Assembly (NCBI GenBank): GCA_040954595.2
Contig: CM082594.2
Span: forward strand, 7,695,573 to 7,759,572
Source of the DNA: Balanoglossus misakiensis
Lineage: Eukaryota > Animalia > Hemichordata
Direction: 5' to 3'
Length of the DNA: 64,000 bases
How positions within the stretch are numbered: the stretch's first letter is position 1; every line of letters begins with the position of its first letter. Positions 1-17,419 of the stretch are shown here, one piece after another. The translations under genes were made by a program, and so were the position numbers. Below the pieces are notes generated by a model. That model saw nothing but the letters and a program-made list of their open reading frames with translations. It made no database searches and was not told the origin of the DNA.

Positions 1-2362
1 TAGGATTTCTTTCTCTAAGATGAATTCAGTTTAAGTTTGCAATGAAATCCATGACTTTTCTGAAAGAAAGCCAAAAATCCCAGATGTACCTAATAGCACT
101 GGTTCTTGTGACATGAATTCTCCAGCCGGAAGAGGTGATAGTCGGTCGCCAAGGCTGGGTTACCGGTTTTCAGTCATCGATTTCATCTCGTCTGGAGAGG
201 GGTATAATGCGTGTAGATTTCAGGTACGATGAACGTGAAAGGCCGTCTGGCGAACCTGTGAATATTCCCAGACAATGAGGCCGACCACTTGACTACAAGG
301 AGAGAGAGAAAAAAACTGAGGCAACACTAATGGCCTTTTAATGTTGTCGACATTGTGTTAGCATTACCTGTATTCTTCAGCTTGTAACACGGAAAGACGG
401 CGTGTAATGGCCTGTATCGGGGATCATGTCGCAGACATAAAACGCCAAAACGATTTCTTTTCGAGTTTATTAGTTTACAGTGTAGTGCGTTTGACGCGCG
501 TGACAACTTGTCACATTTAAACAGTCGACATTTATACCCGGGTACCAAATGCGACTATTGAAGAATTATTCAGAACGGAATTAAAGCGAATAAGTTCAGA
601 CACTTGCGATTAATCTACAAATTGTGGAGTGACTATGAGTCACTGTTTAAGGTCTATAATACATTTATTAACTGTTAGGTTTTTAGGTGATTTGCTCCAT
701 CATCCTGTCTGCGTTGTGTATTGATTGTAATGCAGTAATTTCTCATTGTGCTGTCCAGTGTTTGACTCAGGTATACTGATGTCAATCATTAGAACTAACC
801 TGTGTAAACCAGATACTGTCTGTACTAAACAGGTCTTATACTTTCTGTGGTGTATGTTTGGTTTGGAAAGTTTCAACTGTTATCTGATGTACACATTCTT
901 CCCTGTGGATAATGAAACTTATGATAGACACTTGTGTATCTGTCAAAATATGTACCCTGCATGTTATGATCATAGTTTTCATTCATTGCAAGAAAATTTA
1001 CGAGGCCCGTGAAAATCGATCTACACTTCAAAGCGTTTATGTTTGTAAGTGTAATTACAGATGTTGTTTTTCTTTCTGTGCCGAAGTTTGACTGCAGAAT
1101 GTCGGAAGTGGTGGTTCAGTTGGAAGTCAGGCGTTAAATGAGGTGTAAGCAATATGCATTGTTCGGCTTAAACTTTAGAAAATGGAACCACTTTGGAAAG
1201 CTCACAAGTAGCTACATGCCGAGGAGTTTAAGCTGAAATGTCTTTATGCACGTGGACATTCAAAAAGAGATCCATTATAAGCAATTTCTGCCCCAGACAG
1301 ACTTGCATCACCATGCAGCAGGCATAGAAAAATGGAGTGTTCTCTTTTTAACTGCTTAGGCAGTTGTAGATTTAGCACTGAACAATGGAATTCAATATTT
1401 TTCATCATTCTGCTAGTTTTCTAAGTTGAATGAACTGTTGCCACACCTGTCCTGACATTTTCACAATTGGGGCTAATGTATTTTAGTGGCTGATGCAAAT
1501 GTTTATGGAAAGTTGAGAGAGCAGGGAAGCAGAAATCTTTTGCCAGTTTATAGGCTCCTGGTAGGGAAAGGCATTCCTAACTACGGAAGGCTAAACTAAG
1601 CCTACAGGTACCATATTAAATGATTGATAAGATCAACTGAAATTTCCACTTTCCATCAGCCGGTAGCTTTTGAACTTGGAAAAGATAATTGATGTCACCA
1701 ATTAATTGTAAATTTACTCTTAATGGCATTCATGAGAGCAGAGCCAGGATCATATACATGTACCCTAGTGATCAGATCCTTTTAGGAGAGCAAGTACTCC
1801 AGCATTTAGGAAACCAGTGTTTCAATTTTATAATAAGGTTACTCTGACAAGTTGTAATGGAAATACCGCATTGCCCCAGGAGTAACCCGAACACTTTCAT
1901 TTCATTGCTTATTTATGAAATATACATCAGTCATTTCCATTGACTTGGCCATACCGCAGCCCCCGGCTATGCCAGTCAAGCTGACGATGATTAAAATTAT
2001 GTAAATTGCCGTGGTTGTGTCCTGTGGGGCTATAGTGTAAGCGGGCAATCAGAATGAAATGCAAACTGAGTGTAATTTGGTGTAGAAATTATGGTGATAT
2101 AGGTCCCTAAATTTGGAATGGTTTGTGACGGCTGATTCTGAGAAGAGAGATGTCAGTTCTTTGATTGTAGGTGGTGTTGTTTCACAAACTTAAGTACACA
2201 GTGAGACTGTATATGTTTTGCTAAGGGAATCAGTTGTGAAGCTGATGTGTAGAGAAAATCATCTTGTAATTTTAATACAGTATTAGCTCTCAGCTCTACA
2301 ATCATTAACCATTCCGGACTATCTACCATCATTAACCATTCCACATCATCATTCTCTTCCAG

Positions 2363-2619
2363 GTCTTTTCCTCATTGTTGGCCTGGTCCTGTATCCAGCC
2401 GGATGGGGAGCCGAACGGATCAAGAACCTCTGCGGGAATGATGCCGGAGCTTTCCAGATAGCCGACTGTCATCCGGGATGGGCCTTCTACACGGCCATTG
2501 GTGCCACTTGTCTTGCCTTTGTGTGCTCTATTCTGTCCATCCAGGCGGACGTCTCCACATCTTCAGACAAAGTGCAGTCGGAAATCCTGGAAGGGAAATA
2601 CTTGATTTGTCTTCCATGA
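2363..2619 (+). CDS. LHFPL2: LHFPL tetraspan subfamily member 2, terminal coding exon (upstream exons not identified in this window)
   Basis: After acceptor ttctcttccag the frame reads (G)LFLIVGLVLYPAGWGAERIKNLCGNDAGAFQIADCHPGWAFYTAIGATCLAFVCSILSIQADVSTSSDKVQSEILEGKYLICLP*. This matches the LHFPL2 C-terminus (YPAGWG, GWAFYTAIG, TSSDKVQ.EI.EGK.LICL). Stop TGA at 2617-2619. Not in the ORF track because the exon has no ATG. Confidence 0.92.
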
Positions 2620-5600
2620 GTGTGAACCGCTGGAAAAAATAATTGCCTGGAATAGCTTTGGACAAGGATGAGCGAAAAAAGGACTTCATTGCTGCATTGA
2701 AAGCTCTGTGAATTTTGAATTCTGAATTCAGCATATTCAGTAACTTGTACATATAGACTGGAGCATATGGCAACAACATTAACAGACGGTAAACTTTTTT
2801 TTAGAAGAAGCTCAGAGACTCCGAAGAACTGCTGTGTTTGCTGTGGAAAAAACACTTCTTGTGAAAATCTTGTCTTCAAATTTTAAGCAGACTATGAGTG
2901 GAAAGTTGTACTATGCATGGCGTCTTCAGAAAAACACATGGACAGTCTGATGCCAGCTAAAACCTTTTGGTCAAGTTCTCCTTGATAATGCATGGTGTGT
3001 ACAGAGAAATTTGGGGACCGTCTCCTTCTTCTGATGATGATCATGGTGATGATGATGATGATGACAAAATCATCTTAAAATTCTTTTGATCAAATATTCC
3101 ATGGAAATGGAACATTGTGATTTGTGAGTGTGTCATTTGGTGATGGCGGCCAGTAGAACACAGTCTACATTGGAAATACCCAACTTTTCCAGTAAAATTA
3201 TTGAAGATCTGTGATAAGCCACGGCAGAGGTTAAGGTGTGACATTTCAGGCGTGTGCCGTTAAAATATAAATTGAATACTTTTGGCCTTGCAGTCTTAAG
3301 AATGAATCCCTTTCATCATAGACCATATTTGTAATATATGCATATCTCAATCAAGTCTTTTTTTTTTGTATTGAGTGAAACATAGTCTATGGTCAAATAT
3401 CAGATATGCATGAACTTTCTCTGAGGCCAGTCAGTTTGAAGTGATTTAAAATATTTCAAAGTGAGGAAATGTTTGAAATTAATCCTGCTTCAAGTATATA
3501 AAAATAGTATCCAGTATTGTGTATTTCATGAGACTAAAATAGTTGTAGCATAACTATGTTGAAAATTCGAACACCAGATGGCGCTCTATACAGTACCTTG
3601 ACTCCCAAGTGCCATGGTGTTGGTCTCTGAAATATTAAAATAATATATATATATTTTCAATGATATTTGTATTATTTATATCCAGCCTTGTAAGATGGCC
3701 ATTCTTAGGTCAGTGGTCACTATGAATAATTCAGGATCCCAACGTGTGGGTCATTAGATTTGGAAGTCATGCCTGTACTCTTCATAAATTCACAGGACTC
3801 TTGCATATTATATTGCCGATTTCCATATTCCCCCAGCAGATGTCTATGATTGGTGCGCTTTGCCATGTGCAGTGTGTTTAATATGCAAATTCACAACTGA
3901 GATGCCATGTTATGCCTATTTTATGCCCTGAAATATGTAATAAGAACACTTTCAGTAGATTTATTTTTAAACTTTAATTTTATTGATAGTTTTCCCCCTC
4001 ATAACATCTACTGGCCTTAATCTTGTCGCTGAACTTTAAGTGTGACATTCTTTTAAAATCAAAGGTATGAGTGTATATGACAGGATTTCAAACAGCTTTA
4101 ACAAAATTTCAAGGGAGCTTGGGTTGAGATTCAATGGACAAGCAACTCAGGGTTGAATTTTATTCAGTACTGTGTTATTTGATGATTAGTATGTTTTGAA
4201 CTTTTCATATTCTATTATCAAGGCTTTGTTAGTAGTACAATGTTCCTATTGGCAGATCCGTATTCAAATTGATCTGAGTGCATATATTATCTTCTATGGT
4301 ATCTTATTGGCAGCTGAGTTTATGGTCATTTCTTCCCTATTCCTATCTGGCCACTCCCTCAGGTAGAATTTATCAGTATAACTGTTCCTCTACCGGTATT
4401 TTACCACATCGATTTTAGTGCCTTTATTCCATATTATTGCTGTTTTCCAAGAAATTTCTGAGCAAGTCAACTTCCATGTTCATGACTCAGGACAAGCATA
4501 TTCATTCACAGCACAGAAACTAAATTAGAGTCTGTGAACTGGTAGTCAGTCATTCCAAACATGATTTTTCGAACTGGTATCTGAGGGGATACACAATGAT
4601 GACTGCGCATTCATCCCACAACTGACCACTCCATTGTACATAATGCCTGCACTGTTTGCACCTTTACTGCTGTATAGGCAAGCACTTGCGATAAGCAAAT
4701 CTTCTGCCTTAACACTTTTTTCCTATAAAAACAATAACTGCTAGGCTTTTTATGTGTATGGTATCACTGCGAAAGTGCGAGAATTTTCATGTTACCGTGA
4801 CAAACTTGCAAGAATTGAATATTACTGCGATCATGGAGTAACCATGCCGATATAGACTGAAGTCGGTCTGTGTGTCTAAATTTGCAATTGAAAGTGTAAA
4901 CACAGCAGTGAAACCATGGTAACACATGACTCTTGACTAATTTATTGGTTTAGCATTTCCAGATATATTGTAGCATTCTTCTGTATGCATGTATATCTAT
5001 AGTTTTCTATGATAGCATTTACAAAGTTTTTTTTACGCCGCCCTCAAGTGGGGCAGTGATCATGAAATAAAACAAGGTATACTCAAAGATACACAGGTTG
5101 TTCTTCATGTCTATTTCCATACTTTGAATACTGTCATACTGACACACACAAGTTGCACATATAAAATCAAATGCACAAATAACAAGATGACAAGACTGCA
5201 TTATGTTGATTTTTAATCAGATATTTATTTATACTGTAAAACTTTATCAAATAAAAAAAATCATACCGAAGGTCAAAAGAAAATGAAAAGAAAAATCTTG
5301 TAAAATCATTTAATTACATTAGTTCTCAATTGCCAGGGTGTATCATAATATTGTTATTACATCTGTACATTGTAATATAACTCATACTCCAAAGTTTGTT
5401 ATTTGCGCTTGCAAATACACATTGTAATCAGATTATGTTGAAAGGATTCTGTACTAAAAAGTTGAAGTTCATACTCTGGTACTCGAATGCATACCCCCAG
5501 CCAGCAGTTCTAATGGAAAGCGCCATCTATAGTCCTATATTGCACTGCAAAAGTGGAGTGAAAATTTACCCATTCGTTTTTACTGGAAACAAAAATTACA

Positions 5601-6338
5601 AAAAAAACACATAAAGCAGGTGGCATATACACAGGATATATAAAGTGATCCCTTGCAGAAACCCTGTTACAATTTATACATACACTGAGAAAAACTTTCA
5701 CAAACACTGTACATAGTACATTTCATTACTAATACATTACATGACCTATTAACTTGTGTCCAACATTTATCCAAAGCACAGACAATGGTCACTTTATCAC
5801 AGCTTTCAATTTTAACCCTTATTTGATGTTTCAGATTTAAAAATAATAGTAGAAAATAATTTAATAAAACCACATTTAAAAGAAAGAACTCTATTGTTGA
5901 TTATGAAATAAAATGAGGTCTTTCATGGTGTATTTTTGCCTGCACTGATTAACGTAATAAACTTAAAATGCCACATGACATTTTATTATTAATAAGAATG
6001 TCTATATCTTGTGGATTGGACTTGGGATTTGGGTTGGCAGCAATTCTGACACCCACACAACCTGCACACCCCTTATTTTCTGGTGGAATGTTCTTTCTAA
6101 CCCAGGAAATCTACAGGGACTGAGCATTATGTGTGGACTAGACAGAGGGTGGCAGGATTCTCTGTAGGGTGACAGATACATTCTAAATCACATAGTCAAA
6201 CATGACTGAAGATAATGTCACAATGAAGGTCTACATAATGCAAGGAAGATACAGATTCTGAGAAGTCATACATTTCGTGATGACTTTCCTCTTGAAGGCA
6301 TAACCCTTGTGTTTGAAATCTTGCCTCTTAAAACATCT

Positions 6339-11947
<5,609 letters not shown>

Positions 11948-12419
11948 GGTAACAGATCACAGTTCCAACCAAGTGTGGATATGTCAGATCAAGAAGTAAT
12001 GAAATTACTGCTGAAAATTGTTTTGGTTTCCTCCTGAAAGAGAACAAAATATGCATTAATTAGCAATTTTGTTCGGGTTGTCCAAACATCTAACACAATC
12101 AAACATTTGACTGGTAGTGCTGTTGAGTGTAGTGTCATTTTTCGAATCCCAAATTCACACTCTGAGTTTGAGGACGCCCTTATAATAATGTATACTTCAG
12201 TAATTCTCAGAACACAAGTATGTAATGAACATGACACTGTATGATATGTACGGTTTCAGAACCTCATATTAGTACATGTACACGAATCGAAGCTGAGTCA
12301 TCGCAAATAATCAAATGTCATTGATCTTCAGAGGAAAATAAGAGAAGCCAGTAGTCAAAGGACGACAAAAAACGAGCTATAAAGCTTGTGGCTAGCAACA
12401 GATCTGAGTTTATCGTAGT

Positions 12420-12800
12420 TACCTGTCCTCCTGTACCTCAGCTGTTATAACTTTCAATGGGAAGCGAAAACTTCGTTGTCGGTTTACCTTCAAGATGGCG
12501 ATTTCCGATTACGGGTTATTTCCCACAATGCCTGATAATTATTATCTTGATAAATTTTAAAGGGAGTACTTGACTGTTGGTAGTAGATGTGTGCAGTTGT
12601 GAATATAATGTACAACTGGATGAAATTTAAGCGAAATTATGGTCCCTGAGTCACCTAAAACATGCAAATTGGGCTAATGGGATTATGGGTAAAAGACTCT
12701 GAATAAATTCAGGGTAACTTCCGCTTCTGGTACAGGTCAGGTGGCTAGGTCACCTGACTGTGAAATATTGCAGAGGAAGGACGGAAGGGGAAGACGTCCT
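12420..12800. promoter_or_regulatory. Probable bidirectional promoter shared by DPP9 (-) and BLOC1S6 (+)
   Basis: Head-to-head genes with start codons ~1.5 kb apart. The interval contains a YY1-type AAGATGGCG (12492-12500), a ZNF143/Staf-type TTCCCACAATGCC (12520-12532), an octamer ATGCAAAT (12662-12669) and an ETS-type ACTTCCG (12717-12723). Confidence 0.6.
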
Positions 12801-13491
12801 ATTCCATTGCCGTGGCGTTTTGTACGTGAGATTTGAAAACTTTGAAATGAATCAGCTCGAATATAGTAATTTATAATAGCTAACACACTTAAGACACGGT
12901 TCTCCCTGGTCGACAATTCCGATACATCGTAGATCGTGGAGCGCAAGTGAAGAGAACTCTCGATGTCTACACGTCTGGGAACGAACGCAACCAACTTGTG
13001 TATTGGGAGACTATTTGTGTACAATTCAATGTGATTGGAGCTATTGGACGCGACGCAATTATTTCACAGCTCTTAAAGGTAAATTAAACGACATAATCAA
13101 GTCCATGTTCAACAGAATTGACAACTGAAACTTTATTTATATGACTATAACTGATTCTGTATTTCTTGTTTACATCTGTATGCAAATATCGAGTTATGCA
13201 ATAATTTGTTTCAGCACAAATAAGCTGTACTCAAATTGTTGCAGTCACCGAATAAAGTGAGTAGATAATCTAAACCTGATGCCAGTCAATATATTTAATC
13301 TTGGGGAGCCACATGAAAAATTACACGACCAAGTGGACAAACTAGGATTGGAACACCCGGACACGCCCCTTTTCAAATACATGTACATGATGTGTTCATG
13401 TATATTGGGAGTGAGTGTATTACAGGTGATGAAAATATTGATATTCTATGAATATGAAAATCTCATTTTATAGATTCACAACATTTAAGCC

Positions 13492-14778
13492 ATGGCAACA
13501 GCAGGTGAAGAGACAGTAGCTCCACCCCAGGAAGAAATGACTCCTGATCTGGATAGAGAAAATGAGGAAGTAACCGTTGCCGAAACCAAGAAAGATGAAA
13601 AAGAGGCAGATAGGGAGTCCACCACAAGTGAGCTGTCAGAGGCGACGATTGAGATCGGCCGTGATGCTGTTGCCACCATAAGGCTGAAAGAATTAGGTTT
13701 GAAGTTTTCTTAAATTGGGTCTTCCTTTCAGAGTTTTCAGATCACACGTAGAAAAGTGTCCTCTCACAGCTTTGGCCACCTGTGGGGTTTTAAAAAACAG
13801 GTCTCACCTTTTTCACATTGTTTCATGGTTTTCTTTTATTTCCAGAGAGTAGTATTGCTTTCAACCCAGAAGCCACAGACAAACTTACAGAGGGATTGCT
13901 CAAATGCTTTGTGCCACAGACCGAGAGTACAAAACAGTTGCTCAATGAGCTGACGTAAGTAATTTTCAAATTTGTTGTTAATTAATGGGGACATTTTTTT
14001 CTTTTGATGACAGAAACTACATTGAGCCATAATCACTAGATTTAGATCATGACCTATTCTGATGTGATTTACTCTGTTTTTGTAAATTAACAGGAGACAC
14101 CAAGCAATCTTATTAGAAACACTTCAACAAGAAAATGCAAAATTTACTGAATGCCATGCAATGAAAGAATTGGTTGAGCTGGTAAGTATTAAGAGTTGCT
14201 GTGATTTTGTGGCAGAGGGTGCTATAAAAGTATCACAATGTAGAGTCATCGTGTGAGGTTTGTTTTGATATTTTCTCCCTCATACACCCATTATCTCTTT
14301 ATCAATTCCTATGCTTCTGTGTTTGTACCGTTCACTATGCCATAGACACACAACTTATTTTTAGTTTGCAGAAGCCAAGATGTACCAGCAAAAGTTAGTC
14401 AGTCTTCGCAAAGAGATGACTCATCTCCATGACAAAAGTTCCAAGCTCAAAGTAAGTATGCATCATCCATCAACCCCTCCCTCCCTCCCTGCTATTTCAA
14501 CATTATTAGTCATGTATATTAAGTTCTGTGGTTAAAGTGGCACACGCCACTTTTTACGGTGGCTACCCAGATTTGACATCTTCTCTACTGTTGTATTTGA
14601 TTCACAGAAAAGAGCTTTGAGGTTGCAAAATGAGAAGATGAAGGAAAACTTGAAGAAGGAACAGCAGAGAGACAGAGAACACGAACAGGAGAGGTATCTA
14701 ATTGCAAGACCCACCAAAGAATTGCAGGAAAAGACTTCAGAACAGAATGCCCAGCAGTCGCAACCGTCGTCAACTTAG
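13492..14778 (+). CDS. BLOC1S6: Biogenesis of lysosome-related organelles complex 1 subunit 6 (pallidin), 5 coding exons
   Basis: Exons 13492-13696, 13846-13954, 14094-14181, 14365-14451, 14608-14778. The joined frame reads ...KLTEGLLKCFVPQTESTKQLLNELTRHQAILLETLQQENAKFTECHAMKELVELFAEAKMYQQKLVSLRKEMTHLHDKSSKLKKRALRLQ...EQQRDREHEQERYLIARP, colinear with the pallidin coiled-coil. Candidate AATAAA at 16111. Confidence 0.9.
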
Positions 14779-16870
14779 GGAGGCCAAAAAGATGACAGTA
14801 GATGCAATGGAAATAGAATACACGATGAGCAGTATTGTTGTAAAGGTTTGGGATTGTAGGTAGATGGTGGGACCAGTTTGATAGACATATGACTCCATAT
14901 TAGACTGTAAGGAGCTTTGATAAAGTGGCTAGGGAGTCCTGTTAGTACATACTGACTGCCCCTTTAATGAAAACACTGATTGAAAGGTCAGGTGTGAGTC
15001 CATGTGATGATGGAACACTTCTGTAGAGAATTGATGTTCATGGTTGTATCTTGAACAGACTGTCAGGTTTAGACGGACTTCACTATTGTGCACAATGTTG
15101 AATCATTTCGACCATGCTCACAGTCTATCATAGACACAGAGTAGACCTGGCAGTAATGTCTCATTCCACAATCATGTCCTTGAAGGGGATTTTAGGTGAC
15201 TTCTGTCTGCTTGACTACCAGACATATTACATAATGACCAGTGATTTACCAAGAATCCATCAAATATTGATTTTGACTCCCTCAAGAACATGTTCGTCTG
15301 CTCATTTTGTGTCAAAATCGAACCAGGACCTCTTTCAGTTTTTCCAATAAGCATAATCAAACACTTGCACTGAAATTACTAGAATTAGTGATTGGAATTT
15401 TATGGTATAACAGGAAAAAAGGTGATACAGGTTGATAGAGATCATAATTCATTAATGTGTGTATTTTCATTGTAAAGATAGATTTATCATGTACTGGACA
15501 ATATTTTCGAGTTCATTGTCTCTTTAACGGACTCAGAATTTTTATTTTGGGATATTGAGATAGGTGTAGATAAATATTTGGAATTTACAAAATTTATGCA
15601 ATATCATAATTGCTTCTGATTTGCGAGGCACTTACTTTTGACATTGTATTTTTTATCTGACGCTCTTCAGTTTTGCAAGTTATGATAGCTTTGAAGAATA
15701 CTGGCTAGAAGCATGGATAACTTCTTGCCTTGTTTCACTGAGATTGCATGATATTACTGCACTGTGAATGCACTCTTATGCAAATGAGACCTGTCACATA
15801 GAGGTGCTGTGAATGTAATCTGAGTCTAGTTTTACATGCTAGGCAAGTCATTATTTAACCTGTGAAGGTAAATGGACAAAGCAAGTCACAGTTGCGACCT
15901 TGCATACATGTACAAGTCTGAAAGATGTGTAATAAGTTTTGTTTGCTTGCCATTACAGGCTGAGCCTGGGTAATGCTTTAGAAAGTATAAAGCAGGACTG
16001 AATTCACAACATAGTTGTCATAACAAGGCCAGTAAAGTTTCTGACTTGTTTTGTCGTTTCAAGGTTTTTCTGCCAAAGCTATCGTTTATGCAAATATGTT
16101 TTCTTGTGTAAATAAAACGCTAGGAAATTTTAAAAGGATTATTTGTTCAGTCATCTTTTCCACCACTGCACTGTGTTTTTTTCACTTCTTGTGATATATA
16201 CTGTCTCATTTTGACGACAATGTTGAGTGTGCAGGGAGTACACAGTGCAAATGAAATGAAGCTGTAACCTTGGCATTAGCGCCCTCGGTGGCTAGTCTGG
16301 AAGATGCAGTTGTTTATTAACCTGTTTGATTTCAAATTTGCAGTTCTGCAGTATTAAACCTATACATATATGTATTTTTATTAGGTCTCTGCTTCTAGTT
16401 GGTCTCATGCTGAGTTCAGATTGGTGCTATGCTGACAATTATTCAGATCACTGAGTTGTAAAATACACAGATTGAACAAAGCAAAGAAATTTAGGAATGA
16501 AAAAGTGTAGTTCTAATACTAATGTTAAAAGTACAAAATTTTGGCATGCCCTATTAAATTGATGATTTGATAGCAGTATCTGATACACTTTTATTTTGCA
16601 ATATTTCAGAATAGCGACAAAACATGCCAGTTTTAGTTGTACTGATTAGGTAACTTGCAATCTTATCCTAGAAAAGAAATGCATCAAATGTCCAGTTTTA
16701 ATACAATACAAAAATATCAATGTTTGCAATGACTTTTGGTCACTGAATTAAAAAAAAAAAAGGCAAACACAATCGAGAAAAAATATCGCGTTAAAACAAT
16801 CAAGAAATAAAACATAAACTGTTTTAATAACGCATCTTTATTTTCCATTTGCGGTTTGGTAGGTTTCACG

Positions 16871-17131
16871 GATGACGTGTACATGTACATTGCACTTCCG
16901 TATTTTGTTGATGACCTGAAATCTGTACGAATCCATTGCAGATGCAATGCCCATCTTTCGTGTTTCACTGTATTCGCTCACGTACAACCGCTGGCAGTGC
17001 GATCGAGTACCCATTGTCCCCGTATAATCTTTGCCCTTGCCAAATTACACTTTATCTTGTTTTTATATTGGAGCGTAAACAAGTTTGCTTCATAAATAGT
17101 AAATAGCGCTAGCCAATCACAAATCGCCAAG
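16871..17131 (+). promoter_or_regulatory. LMAN1 upstream region with XBP1/UPRE-like and ERSE-like motifs
   Basis: GATGACGTGT at 16871-16880; CCAAT-N9-CCAAG at 17113-17131 (one mismatch to the ERSE consensus CCAAT-N9-CCACG); ~290-550 bp upstream of the LMAN1 ATG. Confidence 0.5.
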
Positions 17132-17419
17132 TTGGCATCTTCGTCTTAGTGGCAGAGTTTGGCAATTCGTTTCTCCAGTGTTCATTTACCTCGTACCTGC
17201 TGTTCAGATCTACACACCAAAATTACGCTGTCCTTAGTCTCATTTCACGCTGGAACTCCGTGTAAGGATTATCAGTCGGCGAAAAAAATTATTTCAATTG
17301 ATTTGCTGATGAACTGTAGGTTTTTCATTCTCTATTAGCGTTAACCGCGACAAGAACAAGTGTCGACTACTTTGCAGTACACTGTTGAATGAGGTAATTC
17401 TCGCCGAGGGAGATCCAAA

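Noticed and set aside
90-293. Minus-strand exon-like segment (polypyrimidine tract and AG near 294, GT near 89)
   Set aside because: All three frames contain stops and there is no recognisable product; it could be a non-coding exon but cannot be supported from this window.
2487-2879. Minus-strand 130-aa and 83-aa ORFs
   Set aside because: Antisense shadows of the LHFPL2 terminal exon and its UTR.
3032-3064. Short microsatellites and homopolymers: (GAT)n here, also (GA)n at ~9125 and ~44217, poly-C at ~18433 and ~58151, 21-bp duplication at ~62190
   Set aside because: Ordinary low-complexity sequence with no sign of function.
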